A stretch of 64,000 nt of DNA from an uncultured delta proteobacterium. GTDB lineage: Bacteria; Desulfobacterota; Desulfomonilia; UBA1062. The notes below the pieces were generated by a model. That model was not told where the DNA came from. It ran no database searches and was given only the letters and a program-made list of their open reading frames with translations. The first letter of the stretch is position 1. Each line of letters starts with the position of its first letter. The DNA lies in the NCBI GenBank assembly GCA_963785235.1, contig CAWAUM010000001.1, forward strand, positions 416,001 through 480,000. The letters are read 5' to 3'. Below are positions 1 through 11,886 of this stretch, in pieces. Made by a program: the position numbers and the translations under genes.

Positions 1-105
1 CCCTCGGATACAAACCCGAAGAATTATGGGCCTTTAGGAATTATTTTTTCGACCTTCCCTGTGAGCAGGCTCCTCGACGCCGAACAGCAAGTAAGCTGAC
101 CGCAG

Positions 106-2461
106 ATGATTCCCGGCAGATACGGACTATCCAGAACACGGCCGGAAGTTTTCCGATGTTGCGAACATCAGCACGCTCAGCTACAGCAGTGGGGGTATCA
201 ACCCTGCGGTATCCAGAGATATCACCACGAAGGCGGCGCCGCGCTGCTCAAAAGGACCGTGGTGACGTCGGAAGAACTGGTGAGTGAAAGAACAGCCGAG
301 CTCACCAGTTTGAATGAACAGCTTTCACGGGAGATCCAGAAGCAGAAACAGACAGAAGATTCTCTTAAGAATCAACAAGCAAGACTTGACAGTATCATCC
401 GTTCGGCCCCCATCGGCATCGGCATAGTTGCCGATCGCGTTATGCTCGAAGTAAACGAGCATTTGTGTAATATGACCGGATACAGCCGTGAAGAACTGAT
501 AGGGAAATCCTCCCGCATGATCTATGTAACCCAGAAAGAGTTTGAATTTGTAGGAATCGACAAATCCCGTCAAATCAAGGAACGGGGTGTGGGGTGTATG
601 GAAACACGCTGGAAGAGAAAAGACGGCGGTATTCTCGATATTCTTCTGAGTTCCACCACATTAGTCCCAGGCGATTTTTCTTCCGGGGTAATGTTCACTG
701 CCCTTGATATAACCGATCGAAAGCGTTCTGAAAAACAATTGCTCGAATCCCAAAGAGGTGCGCCGGTGCTGGACGCCATTCCGATACGGATCGAGAAAGA
801 CCTGGATCTGAACTATCTGGGATGCAACCGTCGATTTACCCAAGAGGCAGGCCTGGTCAAACGAGCCCTCCATTGTCCGCTATGAACGATTGCAATCAGC
901 TGGGCTTGGATGAGAGTTTACCGATGCATAACCCTGCGGTGATTGATACCGGGCTACCCAAACTAAATTACGAACATCTCGAAAAAAGGTCGGACGGCAG
1001 CTCGGCATGGCTGCGATCAAGCAAGATCCCTCTCCAGGATATAGACGGCAAGACCAAAGGGATGTTGGGTATTTCTGAAGACATCACCAAACAGAAACTG
1101 GCCGAAAAAGAGCTAGGGCAGAACCAAGAATACTTCCACGCGATCACTGAAAATTTGCCGGGAGTTGTCTTTCAGTTCTTTGCGCGCAAGAACGGCGAGA
1201 GCGGGCTTTACTATGTGAGCGACCGCTCCGCTGAGATACTGGGCTGGACAACAACCCGAAAGATTTCTTTGAGCTTATTGTCTCCCGCTGTGCCCCTGAA
1301 GATAAAGAGAACCTGTTCGCATCGATAGATGAAGCTATCCGATCGGTCAGCAGGTGGGAATTTGAGAGCGAGTTATGAAAAACCAACAGGAGAGAAGATG
1401 TATATCCGGGGCATTTCACTACCCAAAGAGTATGAAGACGAGATCATCTTCAGCGGATTGCTTTTGGATGTCACGGAGCAGAGACTTGCGGAAAAAGCCA
1501 TCAGAACAGCCAATAAACAGCTGGAAAACATCATCGAGTTCCTGCCGGATGCAACCTGTATCATTGATGAGAGAAAAGCGCATTATCGCCTGGAACCGTG
1601 CCTTGGAAGAGATGACAGATGTCCCGAAAAGGGATGTTATCGGGAAAGATCATTACTACTGCAAGCACCTTTCTATAAACCAAGCCAGTCGCTCAGGAAC
1701 CCTGAAAAGATGATGAAGAGATTACAGCGAGAACACCTTGGTAATAAGGGCTGTGGACTCGGTCGCGATTTTCCCTTCAATGATACCAAGTGAAAGGGCC
1801 ACTGGGCAGTGCTTCTCGCTGTATGATGGAGAGGAAGTGATCGGATGCATCGAGTCCCGACAACGACCATGAAAGACCGGAGCATGAGCTGAAGGACACC
1901 TGGATAATCTCAGAAGAGATGGTCAAGGAACGAACAGCAGATCTGACAAAAACATACGAGCAATTGAAACAGGAGAACGAGACAAGAAAAACTACGGAAA
2001 ATCTCTTGCGATCACGGGAAATGGAGCTTGAACAAAATCAGCTGAACCTGAAAGAAACAAACATCGCCTTACGGATTCTGCTCCAGAAGAGGGATGAGGA
2101 CCGGGTTACATTGGAAGAAACCATCATGACCAATATCAAGACGGCTGTCTTCCCCTTTATTGAGAAGCTCAATAATCAGGCTTACGGAAGGGCAGAATGC
2201 ATACTGTCCGAGATCGAGCTCCATCTGAGAGAGATCGCATCAACCTATATCAAGAAACTGTCCTCTGATCATATCAGCCTCAGCCCGTGCGAGATCCAGG
2301 TGGCGTCACTCATCAAGGAAGGGAAGTCCTCAAAGGAGATCGCGGAACTCCTGAATGTATCTCTGAACACGGTCCTGTCCCATCGGTTCTGCATCCGGAA
2401 AAAAACCGGGCTGAAAGGGAAAAAGATCAACCTGGAATCCTATCTGCAGACCTTGACATGA
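106..2461 (+). CDS. Multi-PAS sensor with C-terminal LuxR-type HTH (one-component regulator), split by several frameshifts; 5' end uncertain
   Basis: ORFs 106-885, 822-1328, 1329-1793, 1375-1713 and 1919-2461 give successive PAS/PAC motifs (TGYSREELIGK, RKDG, DITDRKRSE, EDITKQKLAE, AWNRALEEMT) and end in a LuxR HTH (LSPCEIQVASLIKEGKSSKEIAELLNVSLNTV..HR..IRKK). Confidence 0.75.
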
Positions 2462-2483
2462 AGTGATCTTTTAGGGATTTTTT

Positions 2484-2741
2484 TCATGGCATCTTTTTGG
2501 GCAAGGCCTTCAATGCCTTTATGTACCTGGCCTCATTGAAAGGCCTTGTGGATTTGAGCATATCATTCATCTCCCTGACCAGGACAAAGGCGATCAATCG
2601 CATTGCTTCATCGTGAGGACGGCCTTCACGAATCAACTGTGATAGGGTGAGTTTTGTTTCTCTGGGATTGTTCTTATCGATCTGACTCTGGATTGTTTCG
2701 AACAGTGCCTCTCTCACATTTATCTTGTTGTCATTAGCCAT
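2484..2741 (-). CDS. Small helical hypothetical protein
   Basis: 85-aa ORF with ATG and GGGGGA RBS, convergent with the LuxR gene. Confidence 0.65.
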   Translation of the reverse strand: MANDNKINVREALFETIQSQIDKNNPRETKLTLSQLIREGRPHDEAMRLIAFVLVREMNDMLKSTRPFNEARYIKALKALPKKMP

Positions 2742-2928
2742 TATTTCCCCCGGTTCTAAAACGATCTGATGTGGTTTTTCCTGATCAGTAATCCTGCGTA
2801 TCCCACGAGTGCGAAGGTTTGCACCGGCCCAGAAGGTGGCGGCAGGGGAGGCGACATCCCAAAGCCATCCGGCCAGAATGCTCGCTATCAGCGTGCCATA
2901 CCTTTCATTACACGATACCTGTCAGTGC

Positions 2929-3591
2929 TCACTCATGTATTGGCCATACAGAAGGATACGGGGCTTCGATCTTGATCGGTGAGTTCAGCGTGGGGTGCAT
3001 GAACTCCATTTTCTTGTGGTGCAGTGCAATCTCGCCGGTGGGTGTCCATTTTTCTCCGCCATAGTGAACGTCACCGAGGATAGGGAACCCGGCGGCTCCG
3101 AATTGTGCCCTGATCTGGTGGTAGCGGCCGGTCTCAAGGATGATCTCAACAAGGATTAATGTTTTAAAACGATTAATGATGCGATAGGTCAGCAGCGATT
3201 GCCGTGATCCGGGCTCTTGTGGAGAAGCGAGCACGGACCTCATCCGTGAGTGCTTCAGGTGGTGCATCAGGGTACCGTGCGGCCCCGGCAGGTCATTGGT
3301 GACAACGCCGTGGTAGACCTTGATGATGCTCTTGCCTCGCATCTGTTCGTTCATCCTGCTTAAGGCCTTGCTCGTCCGGGCAAAGATCACTATGCCGCTT
3401 ACCGGCTTGTCAAGACGGTGAACAGCATGAAGGTAGACCTCACCGGGCTTGTCTTTGGCCTGTTTGATCCAGGCCTTGGCCTGGGCCTCCAGGCTGTCTT
3501 CGGTCTTTCCTGATGGCTGGGTGAGCAGGCCTGCCGGCTTGTTCAGGGCCAGCAGGTGGTTATCCTCATAAAGGATCTCTAATGAAGCCAT
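2929..3591 (-). CDS. RluA-family RNA pseudouridine synthase
   Basis: Motifs ILYEDNHLLALNKPAG, HRLDKPVSG (catalytic Asp), TGRYHQIR, PILGD..YG. Confidence 0.93.
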   Translation of the reverse strand: MASLEILYEDNHLLALNKPAGLLTQPSGKTEDSLEAQAKAWIKQAKDKPGEVYLHAVHRLDKPVSGIVIFARTSKALSRMNEQMRGKSIIKVYHGVVTNDLPGPHGTLMHHLKHSRMRSVLASPQEPGSRQSLLTYRIINRFKTLILVEIILETGRYHQIRAQFGAAGFPILGDVHYGGEKWTPTGEIALHHKKMEFMHPTLNSPIKIEAPYPSVWPIHE

Positions 3592-3603
3592 GGCTTGGCT
3601 ATG

Positions 3604-4501
3604 TCATCTCCTAAGCAGGGATGCCTCTTCACAGACCCACCTGCAATATGTTCCGCTGGGTACCGGCAGCACGAGCCCCTTGCCTTCCAGCAGCATCTCG
3701 CCGCTTTCGTAATGTGATGGAATCTGTGAAGGCGTTGTGCCGGTCAGGATGTTCTGAAGCGCCCGTGGCGTACAGGTGGGGGTATGTGAAGTCAGCAGGA
3801 TGAACAGGGGAGCCTCTGATAGCAGGGTCCAGCATTTTTTCACTGTTGCAATGAGCTCATCCTCGATCTTATAGACCTCTTCATTTTTGCCATGGCCATA
3901 GGTGGGAGGATCCAATATCACTGCATCGTAACGCCGCTGGCGCCTTATCTCTCTTTCCAGAAAACGGTTCACGTCTTCTACTATCCAGCGGATGGGGGCA
4001 TCGGTCAGGTTGTTGAGCTCCGCATTCTCCCTGGCCCATGTGACCATGCCCTTGGATGCATCCAGGTGGCAGACCTGAGCCCCGCAACGTGCAGCCGCAA
4101 GGGTTGCACCGCCGGAGTAGGCAAAGAGGTTGAGCACGGAGACCTGTGTCCGGCCAATGACGTTTGCCTGTGTCAGGAGGGAGTTTATCCATTTCCAGCA
4201 GGCCTCGTTGTTCGGGGAAGATCCCAAGGTGTCCGAAGTCGGTAGGGCAGAGCCTGAAGCTCAGTCCTTCGAGTGTTATACGCCAGGATTCCGGAAGTTC
4301 GGTGCGGACCTGCCAGCCTTTTCCGGGTTTGCGCTCAAAGGTGGCATCGGCCTCTTCCCATGCCGCCGTGTCTTTCTGCGGTTCCCAGATGGCCTGTGCA
4401 CAGGGCCTGATAAGCTGGTAGCGGCCGAAGCGTTCAAGCTTCCTGCCATTACCGCTGTCCATAAGCTCATAATCGTATGCCTGGGGTTGTTTGGTTTTCA
4501 T
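3604..4501 (-). CDS. Class I SAM-dependent methyltransferase (RlmI/RlmK-like, short form), one frameshift near 4200
   Basis: YELMDSGNGRKLERFG...GHLGIFPEQ in ORF 3881-4501, continuing as VLNLFAYSGGAT, DASKG, ILDPPTYG in ORF 3604-4227. Confidence 0.85.
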
Positions 4502-4550
4502 GGCTTCCTTTGATGATTGTTAGCATCACTAAGTACGGCCTGTACAGGTA

Positions 4551-5522
4551 TTATTTCATGGATTTGGGTGTTATAATTTCCTGGCCGTAAACTGCAATCC
4601 TGATAACTTTGCCCTGTGAGTCTTTGGCAGGGAATAAGCTGATGGCAAATGACCTCCCCAGGTTCTCATCGGAAAAACGCAGAGGTTTGCCTGAACTGAT
4701 GACCTGGTCAAAGTAGGGTTTTCTCCTGAGTATTACATCTCTTGTAACATGATCAGCAATAGGGGACCGCACTATTTCTTTTACGGATTTGCCCATTATC
4801 CGTGCTGCAGAATCGTTCAGGGCAAGAACAGTGCCTGACGGATCCAGAAGGAGTAATGAATCCGTACAGGCGTTCAGCAGGGCTTGCGCTGTTTCTTCAC
4901 GCTCCCTGAGTGATTCCAGTATCTCGATGCGCTCGGTGATCTCCCTGGCTACCGAGATCACCTCCACAACCTTGCCATCCCGCATGATAGGGACTTCGCT
5001 CAGCTCTCCAAACTTACCTGCACCATCTTTGGTGATGAACCGGAAGATAGATGAATAGACCTTTTTTCCCGAGAGCAGGAGCAAGGCATTTTCGATCGCC
5101 TCCTCCAGGTCTGCAGGGTCGAGCACGTTCAATTCATGAAACTGTTTGCCAACAATTTCCTCTGGCTTGTATCCGAGGATTCTTTCAACATTCGGGGAGA
5201 CACCTTTGATCCTGAACTGATTATCCCAATGAAACATGACATCATTTGACAAGGAGAAATGGATGCGATATTTTTCTTCATTCTCGTGTAGTGCTGCTTC
5301 AATTCTTTTATACTCTTCAAATTCCCGGTTCAGCAGTTCGTTTGCAGCCTTGATTTCAACGGTGCGTTCTCTGGCCAGATCATCCAGGAGATCCGCCTGT
5401 TTCTTTAGTTCTTCTGCTTCTTGCTTGGACTTGGATACAGCGTTTTCCAGATCTGCTATTGTCCTGCGTGCCATATCCAGCTCTTCTATGAGCTGAGCTC
5501 TCGTCTTGACATCATCTTTCAT
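4551..5522 (-). CDS. Coiled-coil plus two PAS domains, no output domain
   Basis: KTRAQLIEEL N-terminus, ERILGYKPEEIVGK and TKDG (PAS1), LLLLDPSGTVLALN (PAS2). Confidence 0.8.
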   Translation of the reverse strand: MKDDVKTRAQLIEELDMARRTIADLENAVSKSKQEAEELKKQADLLDDLARERTVEIKAANELLNREFEEYKRIEAALHENEEKYRIHFSLSNDVMFHWDNQFRIKGVSPNVERILGYKPEEIVGKQFHELNVLDPADLEEAIENALLLLSGKKVYSSIFRFITKDGAGKFGELSEVPIMRDGKVVEVISVAREITERIEILESLREREETAQALLNACTDSLLLLDPSGTVLALNDSAARIMGKSVKEIVRSPIADHVTRDVILRRKPYFDQVISSGKPLRFSDENLGRSFAISLFPAKDSQGKVIRIAVYGQEIITPKSMK

Positions 5523-5785
5523 GCCGGGTATCCCCCGCTCCGGCATAAATGGTGTTGAATGGGTTCACCTGAATGCCCCGCCCTTTTTCTGCAAGAGGGA
5601 ACATGGTGAAAGATAAAGGTGCCCTTGGTAAGGATGAATAATCCCTTGTAGTGTATCCTCATAAGATTTCCATATCATCTGTTTATTTTGTATACCTATA
5701 AATAATAATGCTCAAAATATCATGTGCAATATTGAGAAGCGAAGCATATTTCAATCAGTAGTCTTTAAAAAAGAAGTTTTCCCAG

Positions 5786-7015
5786 TCATTTTGTCTTGCA
5801 GATAAGTCCTTTCAAATAGCTTCCTTCCGGGAAGGAGAGCAGGACGGGGTGGTCGGATGACTGCCCCAGCCGCCTTATGATCTGGGCTTCACGTTTGGCA
5901 TCAAGTGCGGCATCCGCAACGATCTTGCCGAAAAGCTCAGCAGTGATATGCCCTGAGCAGGAAAAGGTAAAGAGGGTACCGCCAGGATTCAGTAGTTTGA
6001 ACGCCAGCAGATTGATGTCCTTGTATCCACGGCTCGCCCCCGCCACCTGTTTTGCAGATGCCGCGAACTTGGGCGGGTCGAGGATAATAAGGTCGAACTT
6101 TTTATCCGCATCCCGCAGGCTTCTGAGCACCAGGAACACATCGTCCTCCATGGTAAGGAATTTCTGGTCCATGCCGTTCAACCCTGCGTTCGTCAGCCCC
6201 AGCGCTAAGGCGTCAGGTGATGATTCGATGTTCGTCACCTGGAGTGCGCCACCCTTAAGGGCCGCTATACCGAAGGCCCCTGTATAGGAAAAGCAGTTGA
6301 GCACCTCGGCCCCTTTGGAGAACTCCTGAACGGCCATCCTGTTTTCGCGCTGATCCAGATAGAATCCGGTCTTGTGGCCTCTTCTGACATCAACCTGAAA
6401 ACGCATGCCGTGTTCCCTGATCTCGAGGAGTTCCGGAGGGTCTTCTCCCCAGATGGTCCCAACGCTGGTCTCAAGCCCTTCCAGGGCACGTGTGTCCGTA
6501 TCTGAGCGATCAAAGATGCCCTTGGCATGGGTGATGTCTGCAAGTTGCCTGATGAGCTCATCCTTGAAGAACGCCACGCCTGATGAGAGGAACTGGCAGA
6601 CAAGAAAATCATTATAGCGGTCTACAACAAGGCCCGGCAAGCCGTCTGACTCCGCATTCACCAGGCGGCAGGCAGTAAGGTCTCCACCTTCAAGCAGGTG
6701 TGAGCGTGCCGCAATTGCATACTCAAGCTTTTTACGGAAAAACAACTCCGTGATGGCCTCGCCTTTTGTGAAGGACCAGATGCGCACACTTATCTGCGAG
6801 TGGGGGGAATATGCGCCTGTCGCGATCCATGTACCATCGGAGGCACATACGTTTACGGTCTGGCCTGGAGTCGGATTGCCCGTAACCTCTGCTACCGCCC
6901 CGGAGAAAATCCAGGGGTGGTGTCTTTGCAATGACTCGTCACGGCCTGGTTTGAGGATTATGGTGCATGTTGTGTCTACGTTCGAGTTTTTATCCATAGC
7001 CGCACACAATAGCAT
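5786..7015 (-). CDS. rlmI: 23S rRNA m5C1962 methyltransferase (RlmI family)
   Basis: PUA-like HHPWIFSGA, RLVNAESDGLPGLVVDRY, GHKTGFYLDQRENR, VLNCFSYTG, LDPPKF, TFSCS, FPEGSYLKG; true start may be slightly downstream. Confidence 0.9.
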   Translation of the reverse strand: MLLCAAMDKNSNVDTTCTIILKPGRDESLQRHHPWIFSGAVAEVTGNPTPGQTVNVCASDGTWIATGAYSPHSQISVRIWSFTKGEAITELFFRKKLEYAIAARSHLLEGGDLTACRLVNAESDGLPGLVVDRYNDFLVCQFLSSGVAFFKDELIRQLADITHAKGIFDRSDTDTRALEGLETSVGTIWGEDPPELLEIREHGMRFQVDVRRGHKTGFYLDQRENRMAVQEFSKGAEVLNCFSYTGAFGIAALKGGALQVTNIESSPDALALGLTNAGLNGMDQKFLTMEDDVFLVLRSLRDADKKFDLIILDPPKFAASAKQVAGASRGYKDINLLAFKLLNPGGTLFTFSCSGHITAELFGKIVADAALDAKREAQIIRRLGQSSDHPVLLSFPEGSYLKGLICKTK

Positions 7016-7098
7016 TTAAGGGCCGCAATAGATAGGCCCAAGGCATCGAAAAAAATCACTTCTTGCGGGCAAGGCCAGGCGTTTTTGTCTGCACCCCG

Positions 7099-8010
7099 CT
7101 AAGAACAGTTGCAGGTATCTCCGGTGATCCTGCACTCCTCACCGCTGTATTCGATTTCAACCGTGGAGTGATCCATTCCGTGGGTAAGCATGAGGTTTCT
7201 TATGTGGTCTTTGATAACCATGATATCTTCTCTTGTAGCACCCTTGTCCACCACAACATGGGTGGTCAGTACGTGATGCATGCCGTCCAATGACCATATA
7301 TGGGTATGGTGGGTGCAGGTGACGTGTTCCAGCGAGCGCATATCTTTTTCAATGGCCTCTATATCAACCCCTTGGGGTACACCCTGCATGAAGACTCCGA
7401 AGGTCTTGCCCAAGTTTTTCAGGACATTGAACAGTACATAGGCCGTGATCATACAGGACAGCAATGGGTCAAGAAAAGGTATATCCCTGATGAGGAGGAT
7501 GAGGCTGACGGCAAGGACGGCGGCCCATCCGAGCACATCCTCCAGAAGGTGCCATGTAACCATCTTGGCGTTTATGCCGGTGCTCCCCTTGAGTCTGAGA
7601 ACTGCTGCGCCGTTTACCGCAATCCCCATGAGGGCGAAAAGGACCATGCCTGGTGCGTAAGAATGCTGGGGGTCAAATATCCTTGGGATGGCATGGAGCA
7701 GGATGAACACAGAACCTAATATGAGCACAGTCGCGCTGATCAGCGCGCCCAGCAGGGAGAATCTGCGGTACCCGTATGAATAGAGCGCATCTCCTTTTTT
7801 CATGGAGAGACGTTCCAGGAACCATGCTGAGCCCAGGGCGAAACTGTCCCCCAGGTCGTGGATGGCATCGGCCAGGATGGCAAGACTGTTTGTCCACAAC
7901 CCGCCGAAAATCTCGATGATGGTAAAGACAAGGTTCAGGAAAAATGCGAGCCTGATATTGCCCAGATCGGCGTGCTGGTGATTATTGTGATCGTGATGGT
8001 CATGCCCCAT
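7099..8010 (-). CDS. Cation diffusion facilitator (CzcD/ZitB-like Zn/Co/Cd exporter)
   Basis: His-rich N-terminus, SLAILADAIHDLGD, YSYGYRR, HLLEDVLG, HIWSLDG. Confidence 0.92.
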   Translation of the reverse strand: MGHDHHDHNNHQHADLGNIRLAFFLNLVFTIIEIFGGLWTNSLAILADAIHDLGDSFALGSAWFLERLSMKKGDALYSYGYRRFSLLGALISATVLILGSVFILLHAIPRIFDPQHSYAPGMVLFALMGIAVNGAAVLRLKGSTGINAKMVTWHLLEDVLGWAAVLAVSLILLIRDIPFLDPLLSCMITAYVLFNVLKNLGKTFGVFMQGVPQGVDIEAIEKDMRSLEHVTCTHHTHIWSLDGMHHVLTTHVVVDKGATREDIMVIKDHIRNLMLTHGMDHSTVEIEYSGEECRITGDTCNCS

Positions 8011-8124
8011 GGTTTTGCAGCGCCCCTTTGAATTCACCTTCTCTTTGCAAGATGGTGTTTAAGGCGTTAAGGATTCTTTCCATCTCCATCGTTCAGGGCG
8101 CACTCTTCACATGGTTATATCTGT

Positions 8125-9250
8125 CTAAAACACCTTGTTCAGGCCCGCGCTCAGGGTGAAGCCCTTATAATCGAGGTCTTCATCCGGGTGATACCAGTTT
8201 TTCTTGTCCTTCATACTGAACAAAGTCAGGTCAATATTCCCCTTGGTGGTCTTGGAAAAGGTCTTCTCCATGCCGCAGCCGAGGGCTATCTTGTGGCGTC
8301 CTCCGGCATAGTAGGGGGAGTCCTGCTCGAAGCCGTTTTCCGCAATGCTCAGGAAGCTCAAGTGGGATATCACTGAAGTGGTGGAGCTCAGGAAGCATTT
8401 TTCTTTCAGGGTTGCCTGCCATTCATCGCCGTAGTTTTTCTCGCTGTTTATCGGTGTTGCTGCAGTGGTGTAATATTTGCCCTTGGCGCGGAAGATGCCG
8501 GTAATGTCTGCATCCATCTGCCATGACGACCGCGTATAGGTTGCCCCCAAGCCAAGAAGCGTGAGTGCGCCTTCTTTGTAATAATCGTCGCCGCCCACCG
8601 TGTCTTTGCCGTAGCTTGCATATTCGCCCAGGATCCTTCCCTGGAGCTCTTCTGTAAGGGCATAAACACCCTCGGCGGTCATGGTAAAGACATCGCCGGG
8701 ATCAAGGTCCTGGATCATCTCGGAGTAATCATATTCCCCTCTCCACTGGTATCCCATGCCGAATCCGGCTGTCAGCCTTTCCCATTCCTTTGATACACCC
8801 AGATAGGGATTGATGTTGAACCCCTCACCAAACGAGGTGATGGGCAGCAGGTCAGGGGGCAGGTAAGTGAGCGCGAGTTCGTCGGTCTTGAAGTCGGTGT
8901 AACCGGTGGGCAGATTGAACCCGCATCCGGCAAGGATGTCAGCCGGAGTCCGGCCGATAACCTCATAGGAGAAGTTTATCTTGGTGTCAAGAAAGCGGCT
9001 CAGAGATACCGAGTCCCCCTCATCGGGCTTTATGGATGTGTAGGCAAAGGCGTTTAAAAGCTGGCCCTTGAATCCCTCATATACGAACTCAGCGTGTATG
9101 GGCACGGCCACCTGGGTGCCCTTGTCGCTGTTATCGCTTTTGAACCAGGTGAAGCTTACCCCGGTGTCGAGCTGCTTTTCAAGGGCAAGGGCAGGGCTGC
9201 TGAACAGCATTAGTAGCATGAGAATCGGAGCTAATCAATCTATGGATCAT
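8125..9250 (-). CDS. Putative outer-membrane beta-barrel protein (probable frameshift in signal peptide)
   Basis: Signal peptide ending ALA, alternating amphipathic strands throughout, and a C-terminal BAM-type signal (FTLSAGLNKVF); RBS plus ATG at 9250 lies in a different frame from ORF 8125-9219. Confidence 0.7.
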
Positions 9251-9282
9251 ATCCATACCTCACTAGATGATTTCATATTCAT

Positions 9283-10963
9283 TTATGGGAGAACGGTTAT
9301 AACGACATCTTCATAGTCCATCCCAGAAGGTGAACCGTCATCTGTCACGCTGAACCGTATTGTATTTGATACAGGAGGTGTTACAACCGCGCTCGGGGTC
9401 CAGGTGAAGGTCTGTGTTGCGGCATCAAAGGCTACGCCTGCAGGGAGTCCTGAGACGACCGAAGGGGAAGACATGCTGTAGGTCAGCGCATCATTTTCCG
9501 GGTCAGTAGCCGTCACGATGAACTCGATGGGTTGGTTGTTTCTCACAGACCTGCGGCCGATGGGGGTAAGTTCAGGCGGACGGTTCACACTGCCTACAGT
9601 GAACACCACGTCCTCGGATGCGGTGAGGCCGTAGGGGGCATGGTCGGCAGGGTCACTGACGCTGAAACGCAGCCAGTAGTTACCAGGAGTCGAAGATGAC
9701 CATGAAAACTGGTGGGTTCCCGTTGAATCATATATATAGTTGGTTGCAGCCTGCTGGCCGGTTATCGTTGCAGGCGGGTTATAGGTAAGCGGATTGTTGT
9801 CAGGGTCTGTGGCGGTAACAGTAAACGAAACCGTACCCCCTGCTGCGATCTGCCTGTGCCCGATGGGGGCCAGGACAGGGTACCGTCTGTCCATGAGCTC
9901 ATAATCAGCATCAGAATTGTATACCTGTATTTTGACCCATGCATAATCGCTCATCTTCGGGGTTCCATTATCAGTGACCCTGAAGAGGACCTTATATTCA
10001 TCCAAATTAGTAGGGTTATTCCAGGTGAAGATTCTTGTGGAGGGGTCAAAGACAGGGCCCGAGAGGTAGCTGTTCCACCAGTCTTGGGGCATTTCGGCCA
10101 TGTCATAGGTCAGGGTATCGCCATCAGGGTCTGTTGCGGTTACGGTCAGGGAGTTGGAAGAGCCCGGTATGAAATGCTGAGTCTCCAGCGGGAATGTAAT
10201 CACCGGCGGCTGGTTCACAATGCCTACTGTAATGGTTACATCTAAGGTAGCATTTCTCGGCGGAATCCCGTCGTCAGTTGCCTGGAAGCTGACTATGTAG
10301 TTTCCTCCCTGGGCAGAGCCCGGGATCCAGTAGAAGAATTGGCTTGAAGGGTCAAAGGTCGCACCGGTGGGGAGATTAGTTGCACTGTAGGTCAGCTTGT
10401 TTCCGTCAGGATCAGTGGCGCTTACCGTGAAATTCAGGGGCTGAAGCTCACTGACCTGCTGGTTGGCAATGCTGGCAAAGACAGGCGGGTTGTTCGAACT
10501 GGTCACTTCAATCAGCCCCGCATCGGTGGTCTGGCCAGCAATTACCTGGATGCCTCCTTTGCTGCCCCTGAGGACGACATTCCCCTGGGCATCCTTCAGA
10601 GATATGGAGATGGTATAGCCATCCCCCTCCTCGACGCTTCCGATGGTACCTTCTCCCGTGTCGCACGACCAGGGTCCCCCCGAGGCCACAAGAATCTCCT
10701 GGTTGCTGTAAACCTGGGCATCCACGCTTGCAATGCCGTATTCGACACAAGGTATGCTGGTCGCCTTGTATTGGGGCAGGGATGTTTCCGTTGGTGGCAT
10801 CTTCAGGGCAAATGAGATGCCCCCCGTGCCATGTCCGCTGCCGCCTTTGCTGCAGGCACTCAGAAAGCAGGGCAATAAAGAGGATGACAAGGAATCCTCT
10901 CATCAAGGCGGATACGGCATCTGTTCCCCTTTGGTCTGTATGAGAAAGATGAAGGTTGTGCAT
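9283..10963 (-). CDS. Lipoprotein with N-terminal GGPWSCD domain and four cadherin/He_PIG-like Ig repeats (frameshift in signal peptide)
   Basis: Lipobox LSAC, four NxPP...TV.ATDP(D/E)...LTY repeats; start MHNLHL with AGAGG RBS lies in the frame of ORF 10508-11005. Confidence 0.8.
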
Positions 10964-10979
10964 TGCTAATATCCTCTTC

Positions 10980-11886
10980 TTACCATCTGACACGGATCTC
11001 ACCACTGGCCGCCGGCCGGAATTCTCTGAAGGTCGAGATATTCTTTTTGATACTGAGCGTCGATGAATTCTGCTCTTCCTGTGTGGCCAGTACAGCGCTG
11101 CTCCTGGGATTGACGGTCACGAGCTTCAGGTCCATGGAGTTCCCTGATGGCATCGGTTGCCGGGGTTAGCTGCGGATCCTGCTCAAGTGCCTTGCGGTAG
11201 TAGAAATCCGCTGAACCGTAGTTGCCCCGGTCGCTCGCATCGAGCCCCAAGGAGAGGTAAATGAGCGCTCGGTAGCTCGTTGTCAGAGGTCTTTTGAGCT
11301 TTTCCTTCTGTGCCTTGGTGAGCCTGACCTTGAGCAGTTCAATAATCTCGAAGAGGATCTTTTTCTCCATATCGAAGATTTTTTCGGGCTGCCCGTTTGC
11401 AGAAGGCTGACCCAGGGAGCTCTGGTCCTTTACCTGGAGGAGGTCGGATACCACAGAGATCTCCGGAGCCTGGCTGCTTGTGATATCTCCGCCCACCAGG
11501 TAGCTTGCACCCAGCAATTTGCCTAGACGAGGAGAGGTGTTGCTGTCCACGATCCCGGATGCACCGAGATTGAGTTCTTCCAAAAGGGCCTGGAGCTTCA
11601 CCCTTTCCACTATCTGAATGCCCTCCACCTGATGGAGATCTGTCATGAGCATAAAGGCAAAGCCCTTCTGGAGAGGATCCAAGAGAGGTCTGTCCGGATT
11701 TGTTTCTAAAAGCAAGGACAGCCAGTGTATTCGGTGCGGCAATGGTCCCCTGGGACTGTTCCTGTCCATAGCGGTCTTGGCCCAGGCCCTGTCATCATCG
11801 CTCACAACCTGGCCCGCAGAGGCTCTTGGTTCGCAAACCGCACACAGGATAAAGCAGGAAAGGATTAAGATTATGGTCTTTTTCAT
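10980..11886 (-). CDS. Exported CsgG/HfaB/TolB_N-like protein with a TPR (frameshifts)
   Basis: Signal peptide MKKTIIL..ASA; alternate-frame NTLAVLAFRNKSG; IVERVKLQALLEELNLGASGIVDSNTSPRLGKLLGASYLVGG; TPR LGLDASDRGNYGSADFYYRKALEQDP; alternate-frame C-terminus ...SGEIRVRW stop at 10980. Confidence 0.75.

Noticed and set aside
2810-2885. c-di-GMP-I (GEMM) riboswitch-like string CAAAGCCATCCGGCC
   Set aside because: The upstream GGCAAAC/GAAA elements are missing and no suitably oriented downstream gene exists.
10980-11886. Calling this a curli (csg) or holdfast operon
   Set aside because: No curlin repeats or CsgE/CsgF-like genes; the CsgG/TolB_N-like fold is widespread outside curli.
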